64,000 bases of DNA from NCBI RefSeq assembly GCF_009914755.1, contig NC_060932.1; one strand, written 5' to 3'. Shown here piece by piece: positions 43,091-56,569 of the stretch. Every line of letters starts with the position of its first letter. The stretch's first letter is position 1. Below the pieces are notes generated by a model. It saw nothing but the letters and a program-made list of their open reading frames with translations, was not told the origin of the DNA and did not search any database. The position numbers and the translations under genes were made by a program. The DNA comes from the human T2T-CHM13v2.0 reference genome, Homo sapiens.

Positions 43091-44377
43091 GCTTCATTCT
43101 GAATTATTTTCTGACGTGCCCATGTAATTTCACATTTTTAAAATATGCAAATTGAGTGGAAATATACAGTTATATTACATGAGTTAAGAAATTCCAATTA
43201 TGTGTAAAATATGTACTTTGATTCTCTTTAATTATAAATATACAAGAGTTGGGAAGGGCATGGTCTGTGTCCCCACTTTGTTTGCTAACCTAGGCACTTG
43301 AATTAGCTTTGCAGAAATCAAACTGAAAATTCATCCACACAGTATCAACTAGCCTTGTGAAGTTTAGAGAGGCAGGTCAGTGTTTTGATTCTGTCTATTT
43401 CTGGGACAAATTCTCACTTAGGCATTAGAGGTTCTTACGTTCTTTAACACATAAAACAAACCAACTCCTTACAAGATCAAATCAACCAATTAAAATATGC
43501 ATGTTTTGCTCACAAATCTCCAGGGTAGCAGCACAGGTGGTAATGCTTCAACATAGAAAATGAGGGGGCAAAAAAATTTTAAATCATAATCTCTGTACCA
43601 TGTGTCAGCTTGTACCATGTGTCAGGTAAGGCTTAGGGGACATGGTTAAAAATCGTTTTTTCTTCAGGTAATTTTATCACCATTTCTTTATTCTCCAACA
43701 GGAGAAGTGTTTGGGCAATATTTCCTTAACAGTTCTTAGATCTAGATGGATTTTTAAAATGTATTTTTTCTTAAAGTTCAAGAAAGAGCGATTAATTTTG
43801 AGAGAGGAACAATCTACATTTTTCATTTCTGTTATTATTTTTGTAATCTGACAGATAAACCATCTCAAACATAATTATATTGAATTTTGGAGTTTGTCTT
43901 TCGCCTCTGATTTTGACTAATTGGTTTTACAATAAATTGGATCACTCAATAAATATTAAAATAAAAAACAAAAATATTGTAACATTCATTCTTGTTTCAA
44001 AACAACAAAACATTGTAACATTGTAACATTCTTTTGTTGTTTCAAACACTGTAACATTCTTTGATTGATTCACAAAGTTATTTTGATGTAATATACTTTG
44101 TTTTTGTAAAGCACACGCTTCATAATAAATGTTTTGAGTACTAAAATATGATATTCAAAATAAAAATATTATCTTTTGATGGTCTAAGATATTTGTGACA
44201 TTCTGTACCAACAGTGTTTATACTGGAAGCCATGTTGTACAACAAATGTGCCACAATTTCAAAAAAGCAAGAATTGATCTTCAGAATCAACAATTATCTA
44301 CACATGTAAGTTGTTGTGTTTCTTTTGCAGTCTTTGTCAATTTTTTTCATTTTTATCCTGTTCATGGAAACCATCAG

Positions 44378-44691
44378 TTTTTTTTAATTTTTAATTTTTA
44401 TTTTTTTTGAGACAGAGCCTTGCACTGTCACCCAGTCTGGGATACAGTGCCACAATCACAGCTCTCTGCAGCCTCGATCCCTCTAGCTCAAGCAATTCTC
44501 TCGCCTCAACCTCCTGAGTAGTTGGGACCACAGGCATGTGCCATTATGCCCGACTGATTTTCAATTCTTTTGTAGGGACAGGGTCTCCCCATGTTGCCCA
44601 GGATGGTCTTGAACTCCTGAGCTCAAAGCAATCCTCCCACCTCAGCCTACCAAAGTGCTAGGATTACAGGTGTGAGCCACCACATCTGGCC
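44378..44691 (-). mobile_element. AluJ with TSD ccatcag
   Basis: ctgcagcctcgatcc...gttgcccaggatggtcttgaactcctgagctcaa; ccatcag at 44371-44377 and 44692-44698. Confidence 0.94.
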
Positions 44692-45429
44692 CCATCAGCA
44701 ATTTGATGATACTAAATTTGCAAACACAACAGTTTTTATCTGCTTCTTCCAGTGAGTATGTGTTGTTTTTAAAAGTCATTTAAAACCTGAATCAAATCAT
44801 TACAGTCTTCAAAATTACCGTGGGTAAATGGGACTGTCTGGCTCATCTACTTTAAGAATCTCTCTTCACTTCCTATTTTTACAGGTAACATTCCACAATG
44901 CCTAAATATTCTCTTCCAATCAAAGTATAATATACTCCCTATTTATTTTTCAAGTCACTTATTTTCATCCACTTTTGCTTCCTTCCCCCCAACACACAGA
45001 CACATATAAACCAGGCTTCACTCTTATTTTTTCCCTTTTCTGAAATCACTTCCCTCTTCCATCTTGATAAAACTATGATTCAAAAGAATTCCTCTGTGAA
45101 TTCTTGCCTAACTCTGACAGATAGAATAACCCATTGCTTTCTCGGTACCCTTGTAGTTTGATGTTTCTTTGCTGAGATTACTCTTATCATGTTGTACTGG
45201 AGGAATTCACAGGTATCTACATCATGCCCAACCAACCGTCATGACAAAGACAGTTTTCACATTTTAAAAAATATTTTAACTTATATTTGTTAAATTCATT
45301 TTTTCAAAATATTTTCCTCTATTAAATAATGTACAGATTAGTAATTCTCACATATTTAAAAGTGTGACTTCACTCTAATGACTAAGTCATCAAGAACTAA
45401 TGTTCCAATATGGATCTTGCCACTTTTCA

Positions 45430-45900
45430 CCATCTATCCACTAAATATACACATGTGAGTCACCGCATATCACACTGTGATAGGCAGGTTGGCAGACACA
45501 GAATCAGTGGAGTATCCAATACCGACCTTCATCAACACAGACAGGGAGAAATGACATACACAGATGATATAGCTAGGGAATTAGAAAGTGCAACTTAAAT
45601 GAAGCTGTGATAATAGGTGTTAACTAATTCACAGATAGTGGGACCTTTATTTGTATCCAAAACATTCTATGAAAGCTTTTTGGAAAGACATAAACATTGA
45701 AACAATGGTTTGGATTAGGTTATAGATGATGGGTGTGCATTCAGGATTGAGATAGCTTAAGGCAGCTTCCCAGAAAGTCAGGCGCTCTCAGGACTCTGTT
45801 GAGAGTATGGCTTTCTTTGAGGAAGACCAAATCAAGAAATAGTGAGACATGAAAGTAACTGTTCATAACAGATGAAGACAATGACTCCATAGATTTTACA
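45430..45900 (-). mobile_element. degraded L2 fragment
   Basis: cacactgtgataggc...ccgaccttcatcaacacagacagggagaaatgacatacacag. Confidence 0.45.
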
Positions 45901-46005
45901 ATTTGAAGGAATTAGTGGAGGATTAATTTCACTTCTAATCAGTTAGTAAGGTCTTCATTATGTATACCGTTTTCAAAGCTCATTTGCACTTTATTTGAAA
46001 ATCAT

Positions 46006-46392
<387 letters not shown>

Positions 46393-47384
46393 TCATATAT
46401 GAAATGAAAAGGGTGCGATGATTTATACTATGTTGTCCAAGTTATCCTATCTAGAACTTTGCAGACTGAATCACATATCTGTTCCACATGTCATTCCTAA
46501 AAACATTTGAAGATATCCATCATGATGTGATAAGCAAAGGACTTTGGTAAGTTACTTTCCCTGAAAATTGCATGTTAGAAAAAATCCCTTATGAACAAAG
46601 ATTTGACAGCATCATTATTCAGAACAAATCGAAGCCAAGATAGAGCCATAAATAAGTGTAAGAGCCCAAAACTCTTAAAGGTACGCAGAATTGCGGTGAT
46701 GGAGGGCCGAGCTGGATATTGATTATGGAAAGACAGAAAATGCATTAAGGGAAAGAAACATGACAAGACATACTGGCGGTTGTATTTGAGTAGTAAAAAA
46801 GACTTGGGAATCAAAATAAGCTGGAAAGTCTGGGGAAAGAAGTGAGGAAGATGTTTGATAGACAGGAGGAAGTTTGGAGTAGAAGGAAAGGCAGATCCAA
46901 GTCTAAATTCTGCTGAGTTTTAGGCATCTGAATATCTTGGAAGTCTCATGAAAGAGAAAAAATCCACGAACTTAGATTTGGAAATTCCTAGTGCATGTAA
47001 TAATTAAAGACCAAAAGATGATAGAAAGTAGAGCGACCTCAACAGAGCTCTGAGGATTCTATACTGTGAGTATTTTGGAGATCAATGCAAAGTTTACAGA
47101 GCAGACCAAGAGAAGAAAGCTAGTTATCAGTGAGTTTGGGTTTAAATTATAAGGGCCAGCAAAAATGCTCAACACACTATTCAGATGGTTGTAGGAATTC
47201 TCTTGAAATACTTTTTGAGATATAATTTTCATTCTTTCTTGAAATCCTCATTTGACTAACCCAGACACCAAACAGATCTTGGGAAAGCTGAAAGAACACA
47301 TCACAGACTCAGACTCAGAGGCAGTTACTAAAAGGAGTCCACAGTCCACCTGAAGAGACAAAATAAATACACAAGAAATAAATT

Positions 47385-48227
47385 GAAACATTAATTCAAA
47401 AATGTATGCGGACTGGCCAACAAGCATATGAAGAGATGTTCGATGTTATTGATCATTAGAGGAATGCAAATATCATCACCTCACACCCACGCAGATGACT
47501 ACTGTCGAAAAGAAATAAATCAATAAAAACAAAATAGCAACTGTTGGCGAGGATGTAAAGGGATGGCAAACCCGCTGCACTCTTGGTGGGAATGCAAAAT
47601 GGTGCGTGGTGGCTACTGTGAAAAACAGTATGGTGATTCTTCTGAAAATTAAAAATAAAACTGCCATATAATAGAGGAATCCACTTCTGAGGATATACTC
47701 AAAATAGTCGACATCAGGGTCTCACAGAGATATTTGCATGTCCACGTGTGTATCAGAGCTATTCAAAACAGACGAGAGGTGGAACCAACCCGTGTCCCTT
47801 GGCAGATGAATGGATAAGCAAAAGGTGGTCTCTTCACACGAAAATTATTTATCCTAAAAAGGAAGAAAATCCTGACATAGGCTACAACACAGATGGACCT
47901 CAAGCACAATATAATCAGCGTAATTAGCCACCCACAACAAGAGAAATACTGAATGATCCCAAATACATGAGGTTTGTAGAGCAGTGAAATCCTTAGAGAC
48001 AGAAAGTAGAATGGTGATTGCCAGAGGCTGTGGAAGGGAACATGGGGAGTTACTGTTGAATGGGAACAGAGTTTCAGTTTTGCAAAATAAATAAGTCCTG
48101 GAGATGGATGATGTGGTTGATTGCACAGCCATGTGAAGATACATAACACTTCTGAACTGCCTGCCGAAAAATAGTTCAGATAGTAAATTTCATATTATGT
48201 ATATTTTTACCGCAATTTAAAAAAATA
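47385..48227 (+). mobile_element. L1MB 3' portion
   Basis: ggccaacaagcatatgaagagatgttc...gagacagaaagtagaatggtgattgccagaggctg...gggaacagagtttcagttttgc...tttttaccgcaatttaaaaaaa. Confidence 0.92.
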
Positions 48228-48228
48228 C

Positions 48229-48300
48229 ATCCCAGCATTTTGGGAAGCTGAGGTGGGCGGATTACTTGAGCCCAAGAGTTTTAAAAAAACAAAATAAAAA
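48229..48300 (+). mobile_element. short Alu/FLAM left-arm fragment
   Basis: atcccagcattttgggaagctgaggtgggcggattacttgagcccaagagtt, then A-rich. Confidence 0.75.
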
Positions 48301-50379
48301 GAGGAAGGACATGAAAAAAAAAAAGTGGTACTCAGTAAAAATGCTTTAAAAAATAAAGACAAGAATAGCCTCAGTAAATCTCTGGATAAGAAATTCTAAG
48401 TGATGTATTCACGGTGATAAAATTTGAATATTTGAATTAGTTTTGGGAAAGGAGACTTTTTTCAAGAGAACTTGGCATTAACAAAGACAAAGAGAAAACT
48501 AATTACAGCTTTTGGAGGGTACAAGGAGGAGATGATGCCACCTGGAGAAGATGATGAATATTGGAGAATGGTGACGGATGAGGTTAAGTAGGCAGCAGAA
48601 CCCAGTTTTGGAGAGTCCAAGGTCACACCTTGCCACTGAAACTAGCAGGATTTGGCAGACAATCACAGAAACTCCTGAATAATAGCATTCACTCGAAGAA
48701 AACAGAATGTTATCAAACTCCGCTGGGAGCTATGTGCAAGAAAGTAGGACATATCAGAGGCTCCAGAAGACACGGTAGAGACCTGTAATAAGAACCAGTG
48801 GGCTCTTGTGAACATCAGACTTGTCCCGTCTGCTGTGGTCCTTCAGCATTGCCGCTGGGAACGAAAGTCCACTTGCACACCCAGCTGTCTCTACGTGGCT
48901 CTGAGTCCAATCGGGTTACAGGGATAACTTCAAAAGCAGTTTCAATTAAAAACTTTGATACTCCGTGTTGTTTTGGTCTGGCTCAACATACTTAATTTAT
49001 GGATCTAAATCCCTGTCTTGTTACGTTCTCAGAGACTGATGCTTTTGGTCTTGTGAGATGAAGAAAGCTTTTTCCCAAAACTAACCTCAATCAGTTAATA
49101 TGACTAACTGAAACCTTAAAACAATTTTTGAGGGTGCTTTAGTCACCATTGAGAAATGCCCCCACCTAGTGATGAAGGAACTAGGTCATCGGTCATTGTC
49201 CATGAAGATGGCTTTGGACCGTGTGTTGAGTGACAGGCTGGTCTGCCCAGTGACCCTCTATGGAGACTACCCTCCCCAGGTACAATATGACAGCCATCCC
49301 CCGAGCTGTCTCTAACCAGGCCTGAAGCATGTCCTTATGAAGGATTCTGACTCTGTATAAGTGAATAGAACACTAAATTCTAGGCTTATGTCTAAGGAAG
49401 GAGGTACTAAATTTATGCCATATTTAGAATCTGACTCCCGAATTAAAAATGAAGCAATGTGGTAACAATTGTATTATTCACTCACTCTCCCCAAAGGTTG
49501 AATATGTGTAGGTGGTGTACAGTTCAGCATCAGTAGGTTCAGTTATAACACCAATGTTACTGGCTTCACTACAGGGAAATAAATTAGACTGTGATTCTAT
49601 TTAAATAAAACATGCCTCCAATTACACATTTATTTTGACATAAGATTTTAAATCATAGCCATGATTTAATAATCAGAAAATATATGTTTCTTTTAGAAAG
49701 ACAGAGCATATGTACATACGTATTTTAATATTTCACTTTCTTCATATATATTATTTTGAGGAGTCAGTAATCAATGTCTGTAATCCAAATGCTAAACAAT
49801 CAGCAAAATAAGAACTTTCTTTTACCAGTAGTATTGTTGCAAATGCTACAGAATTTGTAATAGGATAATCCATTTGTAGTTACATAGTCATCTATAACTA
49901 CTTGTATCCATCTGTGCATAAATTTATATTTAACACAAATTCACAACAAAATAAAACAGAAAAATATGTTAACAGAATACATTCACTGCTGTTATCTACT
50001 TTTTAAATGTTGTCTGACTTCAAACAGTGAAATGTTTAAAATTACCTTGGCAATGATATAATAAACTCAGGAAACCTATAAGACCATTTGGTAGTTTGGA
50101 AAAAGGTCAGTTCTTCTCCCAGTTAAAATGCATAACTAACCAAATTCTCAGCACTAATTAATGGGAAATTCCCTAAAATAATTAATTATGTCTAAGAATT
50201 ACCAGTTTTTTTCTCACATAGGTAAGAAATGTCAATATTTGACTTGTCATCTGTCCAGATCATCAACAATGAGAAAATGAGAACCATGTGGTAATAACAT
50301 CAATCCCACATGTGGTCAGAAAGGTGACATGATAATTCTCTGAATATAAATTAACTTGTATGAAAAATTTGAAGATTTT

Positions 50380-52580
50380 CTTCCCCTACATGTAAACTTA
50401 CGGCATTCTTCTTCCTCCCCCCAGTGACAGATAACCACTTACATTTTGGGTTGATCATTCTTGGCATTGAAAAATAAATTCATCATAAATATATTTTGTC
50501 TAAAGTGTGTAGCTGAGTTTGCTTGCTTGATACATTATAAAACTAGTATCCTACTTGAATTTGCATTTTTTCAAACAAAAATATGTTTCTAAAACTCATC
50601 AAGTTTTTGCATGTAGCTGTGTTTTATTTATCCTCACTGCTATACAAAATATCATTTTGTGAACATATTGCAAGGTGTGCGTCCATTCTCCTGTAAGACA
50701 TTCGGGTAATTCTTGGGTGCTTTGTGCGTTTATTCCTATTGTTTTCTTTTTTTAAGATATCCATAAAAAAATCTGCTGTATGAACTTTCTTCCACATGTC
50801 AGCTTGTGTTACACATTCACTTTTCTCTAGGAATGTAGATACCATAGTAGTAGAATTTCAAGAACATTAATTTTTTTTTAAGTGCCAATTATTTTCCAAA
50901 TGGTCGTATCAATTTATACTACTATCATCATGGTACAAAGTTTCCTAATGATCAATTTATTTTTACCTCTCGCTATTGCTACAGGTCATAATATATACGA
51001 GTTTAGTAGGTATCAAATAGTATCAAGGTTTTAATTTTTTATCGTCTTTACCATTAATGAGGTTGAATATTTTTATAATGTTAGGTATAGTTGTTATTTT
51101 GTTTTCCTTTTTTGAAGTGTCAATTCAAAATATTTGCACATTTTTTTCTTAGAATAATTGTTTATATATTCTGTACTAGTTACTTGCCAGTCATTCATTG
51201 GGCATATCTATCTATTCCTGATTTGTTCTTTCTATTTCTTTCTTATCCAGTAATCTTGATGTCTGCATTTATTTAGATTGCATAATGACCTTCATTAAAG
51301 TTTCATAATCTTGTGAATACTGGTTTTGTAAATCTGCTAGAAGATTTATTCATAGTACCTTTATGTTTCATTCTTATTTTCAATGGTGTCCTTCTCAATT
51401 ACATTATAAAATTATCACTGAAATATAGTATTATAAATATGTTGCTAGGTTGCTAAACTCATATTTTTAAATAATTTGTGTGTATAATCTTTTGAATTTT
51501 CTATGTAGGCATCTGTACCATTTAAGAAAAGTGATAGTTTAGTTTCTTTCTTTATAACCCTGAAAGTCTTAACGTGTTTTTATATTCCCTTATTCCCCTA
51601 GAATGGAGCTGCAGCATAAGGATTTTTAGAAAAGGTTATGGTGTGAATCTTTTCATTCCGATTTTAGATAAAAGACCATGTTTTTACATAAAAATAATGT
51701 TTCCTGTGGATTTTTGGTAGATATAATTTTAGATGTACTTTATATAGCAAGGCTGATATAATTTATCACTTTAAGGAAGCCTCCTTCTGTTCTTTGTTTG
51801 CTAAATGTCTTTATCCTAAATGAGTGTAACATTTTAACAAATGCCTTTTTGGCTTCTGTTGGGATAACTTTTTTTGTAACTTTAATCTGTAAATGTGGTA
51901 AATGGTAAAGGTTTTCTGATGTTAAACTGCGTTTGTATTCTTAGGATAAACTCAAGTTTATCATGTTATAATATTGTCTTAAATACCATTGCATTTGGTT
52001 TGTCAATAATTTTTTTAGAATTTTTGCACCTATCTTCATAAATGAGAGTGGCCTGGGATTGTCCTTTTCCTATGGTATGCGTAGCTGTTTTGTTAAAAAA
52101 AGTTATTTTGGCCTCATTAACTGATATTTCACTTTATTATTTGTAAATGTTTGTGTAAAATTGCAGTCATCTATACCTTCAACATGTGGTGAAACTTTCC
52201 TGGAAAATTATTTGAGTATGCTGTATTATTTATAGAAAAATATTCAACCACTGCCTCATCTAATTTAGTAGTTCTCAACCAGGGGCAATTCTGCCTCCCA
52301 GGGGATATGCTGCAATGTCCAGACGTGCTTAGTTGTTGCATGTCACATCTGGTATCCAGTGATGCTGCCAAAGTTCCTGAAATGCCCAGTCAATTGCCCT
52401 TCCACATCCCCAACCAAGAAGTATCTGACCCCACATGGCAATAGTGCCAAGGCTGAGAAATACTGCATTAGTTATTATGAGAATTTTAATGGGATCATTT
52501 GGGTTACAGTTTTCTAAAAATGTATTAATTTTATCTTTTCAAAAAAATTGATATGAAGTTTCTGTGGCATTTCCTAAACA
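50380..52580 (-). mobile_element. old L1ME, interrupted by MER20
   Basis: Antisense L1ME 3' UTR/ORF2 motifs: gcatgtagctgtg...ccaattattttccaaatggt...gaatttttgcacctatcttcataaatgag. Confidence 0.8.
52266..52465 (+). mobile_element. MER20 (hAT-Charlie MITE)
   Basis: gttctcaaccaggggcaattctgcctcccagggga...aatagtgccaaggctgagaaatactg. Confidence 0.9.
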
Positions 52581-52640
52581 TGTACTCGAAGCAATATTGA
52601 GCATATCTGAAGGACAGGATATATATAGAGAGAGAATATA

Positions 52641-52700
52641 TAAGGTTAGTTCAAAAGTAATTGCCTGGCAAAAACTCCAATTACTTTTGCACCAACTTGA
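52641..52700. mobile_element. MADE1 (Hsmar1-derived MITE), internally deleted
   Basis: aggttagttcaaaagtaattgc ... tggcaaaaactccaattacttttgcaccaac, the MADE1 TIRs. Confidence 0.9.
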
Positions 52701-54200
52701 GTGTGTGTGTGTGTGTATTCTATCTACATTGCAAGAATATTTTAAACAGTTAATGCAAATGTTTTTTATCTAATTGGTCACGACTATTGATTGAGATTAA
52801 AGCAAAACACCTTGATGAATAATGGCAGAGGGAAGAACCTAGAAATAATACCTAGAAATATTTCTCTATAAATATTTATAAAACATAGAAATGTTTCATA
52901 ATATGATAAGATTTTAATATATGTCTATGTTCCCATGTAGCACACTTTTGTATATGATTGTGCTATCATAATCTTTGTACCAATGTCTTCTGAAAAGTAT
53001 TTGATGCTTATCTAATTAAAAATACAAAATTAGTCATTTATGCCACACACATATTTTCATTACTTTATGGTTAATTCTGATTAATAAGTAAATGATTTTC
53101 TCAAGTGACATTTGCAGTTGTCTTTAAAAGACAGATTTTCAAAAGTTAAATAAGTAGAGGGTTAATTCATAGGACAATGTTACCAACAAACAAGCGTTTT
53201 TAGATTCTTTTATTTTAAATAAACGACTCAACTTGTGAAAAAGCAGAACACCTGCAAAATAGGATAAGAAATAAATCAGCCTACATCTATTAAACATACA
53301 CTACTTTATTCATAAAAAAGTAAGTTGTTTTTAGTAAAGCAACTAACTTTTTATAAATTTAGTTTCTATGTAAAACACTACACATTTAAGGAAAAAGCAA
53401 AGTTACTTTTGTGGTAATATTTGTCATTGTTTTAAATGGCCAAGGATTTCCGGAAAAAGAATTCAGAGTTTACTTTGATTACATTGGCAATAAAAAGAGT
53501 TGGTCATTCAATACCACGTGCTTTCAAACAATATAGCATTATTTATAAGTGGCAGCACGCTAAGTCAGACAATGACCGTAAGCATCACCACTCAACCAGT
53601 CTTGGTGACCATTAGGAGCACCACTCAACCACTCTTGGTGTACCCTACCTTGGCTTAAGAAAAAGTACCACGGTGGCAAACAAATGTACTTGTTTAAAGT
53701 ACCATTCTTGACAAATAACTGACCAATTACAAAACTTGGAGACTTGTGGTAAAAAAAACAAAAACAAAAACAAAAACAAACAAAAAAAATTAATAGAGAA
53801 GGGACCTATACATAATTTAACCCCCAAGAAGTAGCTTCAACAAATACAAATAATAAATGAAGAATGAGATTTAGACAATGTGAAAAAAATGTCCATCTTT
53901 CTGACACACACCCTCCTCTTGGACTGTCCCCTTGTTTCTGCATCACTCCTTGCCTTAAATCTTGGTTTCATGGTAGCCTGCAACATTCCATATGGTCCAC
54001 ATTAATCCACAAAGAAACTGTCTCTTTCCTGTGTCATTGCTGATAACGACTTTTAGTCTCTGCCTGAAATTGTTCACGCTCAGTCTTTGAACTGCGGACT
54101 TCACAAACCATATTTCTATTACTTGAGCTATCTCTGCTCTTAATTGCTAATTATTCTAGCCAGTCAGGATCAGAGGTGTGACTCCTTTACTACCTTCTAT

Positions 54201-54382
54201 TAAAAAAAAAGAAAAAGAAAGAAAGAGGGAAGGAAGGAAGGAAAGAAGGAAGGAAGGAAGGAAAAGGAAACAGAACAGGGAAAGGGAAAGAGGAAGGATG
54301 GGAGGGGAGAAAGAGAAAAGAAAAGAAAAGAAAAAAGGAAAAGAGAAAATAAAAAAGAAAAGAAGCAAAAAAAAAAGAAAAA
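54201..54382. repeat. GA-rich low-complexity tract (GGAA/GAAAA)
   Basis: Direct reading. Confidence 0.9.
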
Positions 54383-56569
54383 CCTGCGGGGTTTTTTTAA
54401 TGCCTGTGAATGACTTCTGGGACTGTGAAATGTTTTATCTGGATTTCCTACTTTTAGTAAAAAATGAGGAATCCTTGGCTGTGGTTCTACCAGAAGAATC
54501 TCCCTATATTAATAATGTTACTCACAATCTTTCTCCACCCACACCCCCTACCTTTCCTTAATATCTCTGGTGAAAGATATTTCTGAGCCTTCTCCTTTGC
54601 ACAAGCTGCTTATAAAGATCAACAAAGTTAATACACTGAAGGACCACCCTGCATATACAATGAGCTATAAAATATTAATGACATTTTATTTATATATTTA
54701 GAAAAAAAAATTATTTTTTCCCCTAGGCCTGAAACTGGTGACTCCTTCAGAGCCAAGCTTCTAAACATAGTTTATCTTAAAAGGTTTTAATTATATATAT
54801 AATATAGAAATACATATATATACACAAAATATATTTTACACGTAATTGTAAGCAAATATGCTGCTATATTAATGCATCCCAAATAGATCTGAATAGTCTT
54901 AATTTCACTAAATATCTTGCACAAAATAATGTCTTAAAATTATCACACACACCTCTCCTACACAGGAAAAGTAATGTAATCAAAACGTAAATAAAGCCAT
55001 GTTTGCTCCGTGGAGTTAATTTGGATTTTTTTCTATAAGATAAACTATTATAGATAATAAAACGCAACAAATATTATAATCAAGTTAATTAGCCAACGCT
55101 TTTTGGGAATGAAAACAAACCCAATAAGTGAAACTGAATAATGTATGCGTTGATTCAAATGTCCACACAGTTTCACACTTAAAAATTGTAAAATGGAAGA
55201 GTCTATATTAGTGAGTCATACTTACTGGATTTCAATTACCTATGTCTAAAAGAAAAGGCAAAATATTTAAGGACATAAAAGTTTACCTTTTCATGAATTA
55301 CTTAAATTCTATTTTTTCAATACTTTAATATGATTTTTAAATTTTCACTTTAAAATTATCCACACTATGATTTTGTATTTAATTCACAATTCACAATTAG
55401 AGCATAGTTGATATGGTGATTGTGGTAGAGGTTCAAATATGGATTTAAAAATCTATCAGAAGCAAAACATGGAATACATTAAAATGAGTATTAAAATGAG
55501 TATATCAAATATTGAGAGATTCCTTTATTTTTATTTGAAATTTCCTGTAATTTCAATTTATAGCTTACATCCTAATGAAACAATACTTCTACACAGTAAT
55601 CAGCGTTTTTAATAACTCTGACTATATGCAGGTAAGCTTGTTGGATGTAGACTGTGATGTTGTTAACAAATGTTTTTGAATGAAATCTATACTGAACTGA
55701 TTCACTGCTACATACTACAAGACATGGCAGTAATTGATACAAAAGTAGAAGGCTGTTTTTATTCCACATCCATGCATTCATACTTATACTAAAGGTTTTC
55801 CACATGTGAGATGAGAGTGACCATTAATACGTGAGCAGATGTTAAGACAAAAAAACATTATAGTCCTTAAAAGAAATATATATTCAAATGGAATTGTAAC
55901 AGTTATTAACTCAAATTAACTGAATTTAATTCTCAAGGTAGAAGATACACTCAAAGTATAAGGTAGCACTCATTGTAGGAGGAAAATCTTTTATTTCCTA
56001 ATGAGTTTTGCTGAAAATTTTCCAGCCTTATCTTTTGAACATATATTTCTAAATAGCCTAACTAAATCAGTCTTTTAGAAAGTACAATATCTATTCACAA
56101 TTGAACTTGTTGTAACTTTTCATTAACAGATACTAAATCCTGAATCACCATTTATGGAAGGACTATGCGATCAACACATGTAATCAATATGAAGGACAAA
56201 TAAAATCATTAAGATTAACACTATCACTTCAAATACTAAATAATTGCTTTATAAGGAGCATTTCTGGATGAACCCAACATCGTCCACGGTGGCAAGTTAT
56301 GTAACTTGAACTGTGCCCTTATAAACCTTTATCTCAATTTGTTTCTCACTGTTGAGAAACGATTGTCAACTAGTCATAAAATTTAGTAAAGAAAAAAACT
56401 TGGCAATACTCATAGAAATACACAGAAGCAGTCAGAATTAAATGTTATTCACATTAAGAAAAGAATTATCAATATGCTATTTTTACATGTTGCTAAATTT
56501 GCCTGTTCCAAGATTTGGATGGAGATCAATACCTGTCTTTCTGCAAGGCTAATTCTCTCTGTCTTTGGT

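Noticed and set aside
49202-49324. 40-codon ATG ORF MKMALDRVLSDRLVCPVTLYGDYLPRYNMTAIPRAVSNQA
   Set aside because: Length expected by chance; no homology recognised
53586-53640. CRISPR-like repeat-spacer-repeat
   Set aside because: Only two units, an 11-nt spacer, eukaryotic context and no cas genes
54178-54561. 127-aa K/R/E-rich ORF
   Set aside because: GA-rich low-complexity read-through
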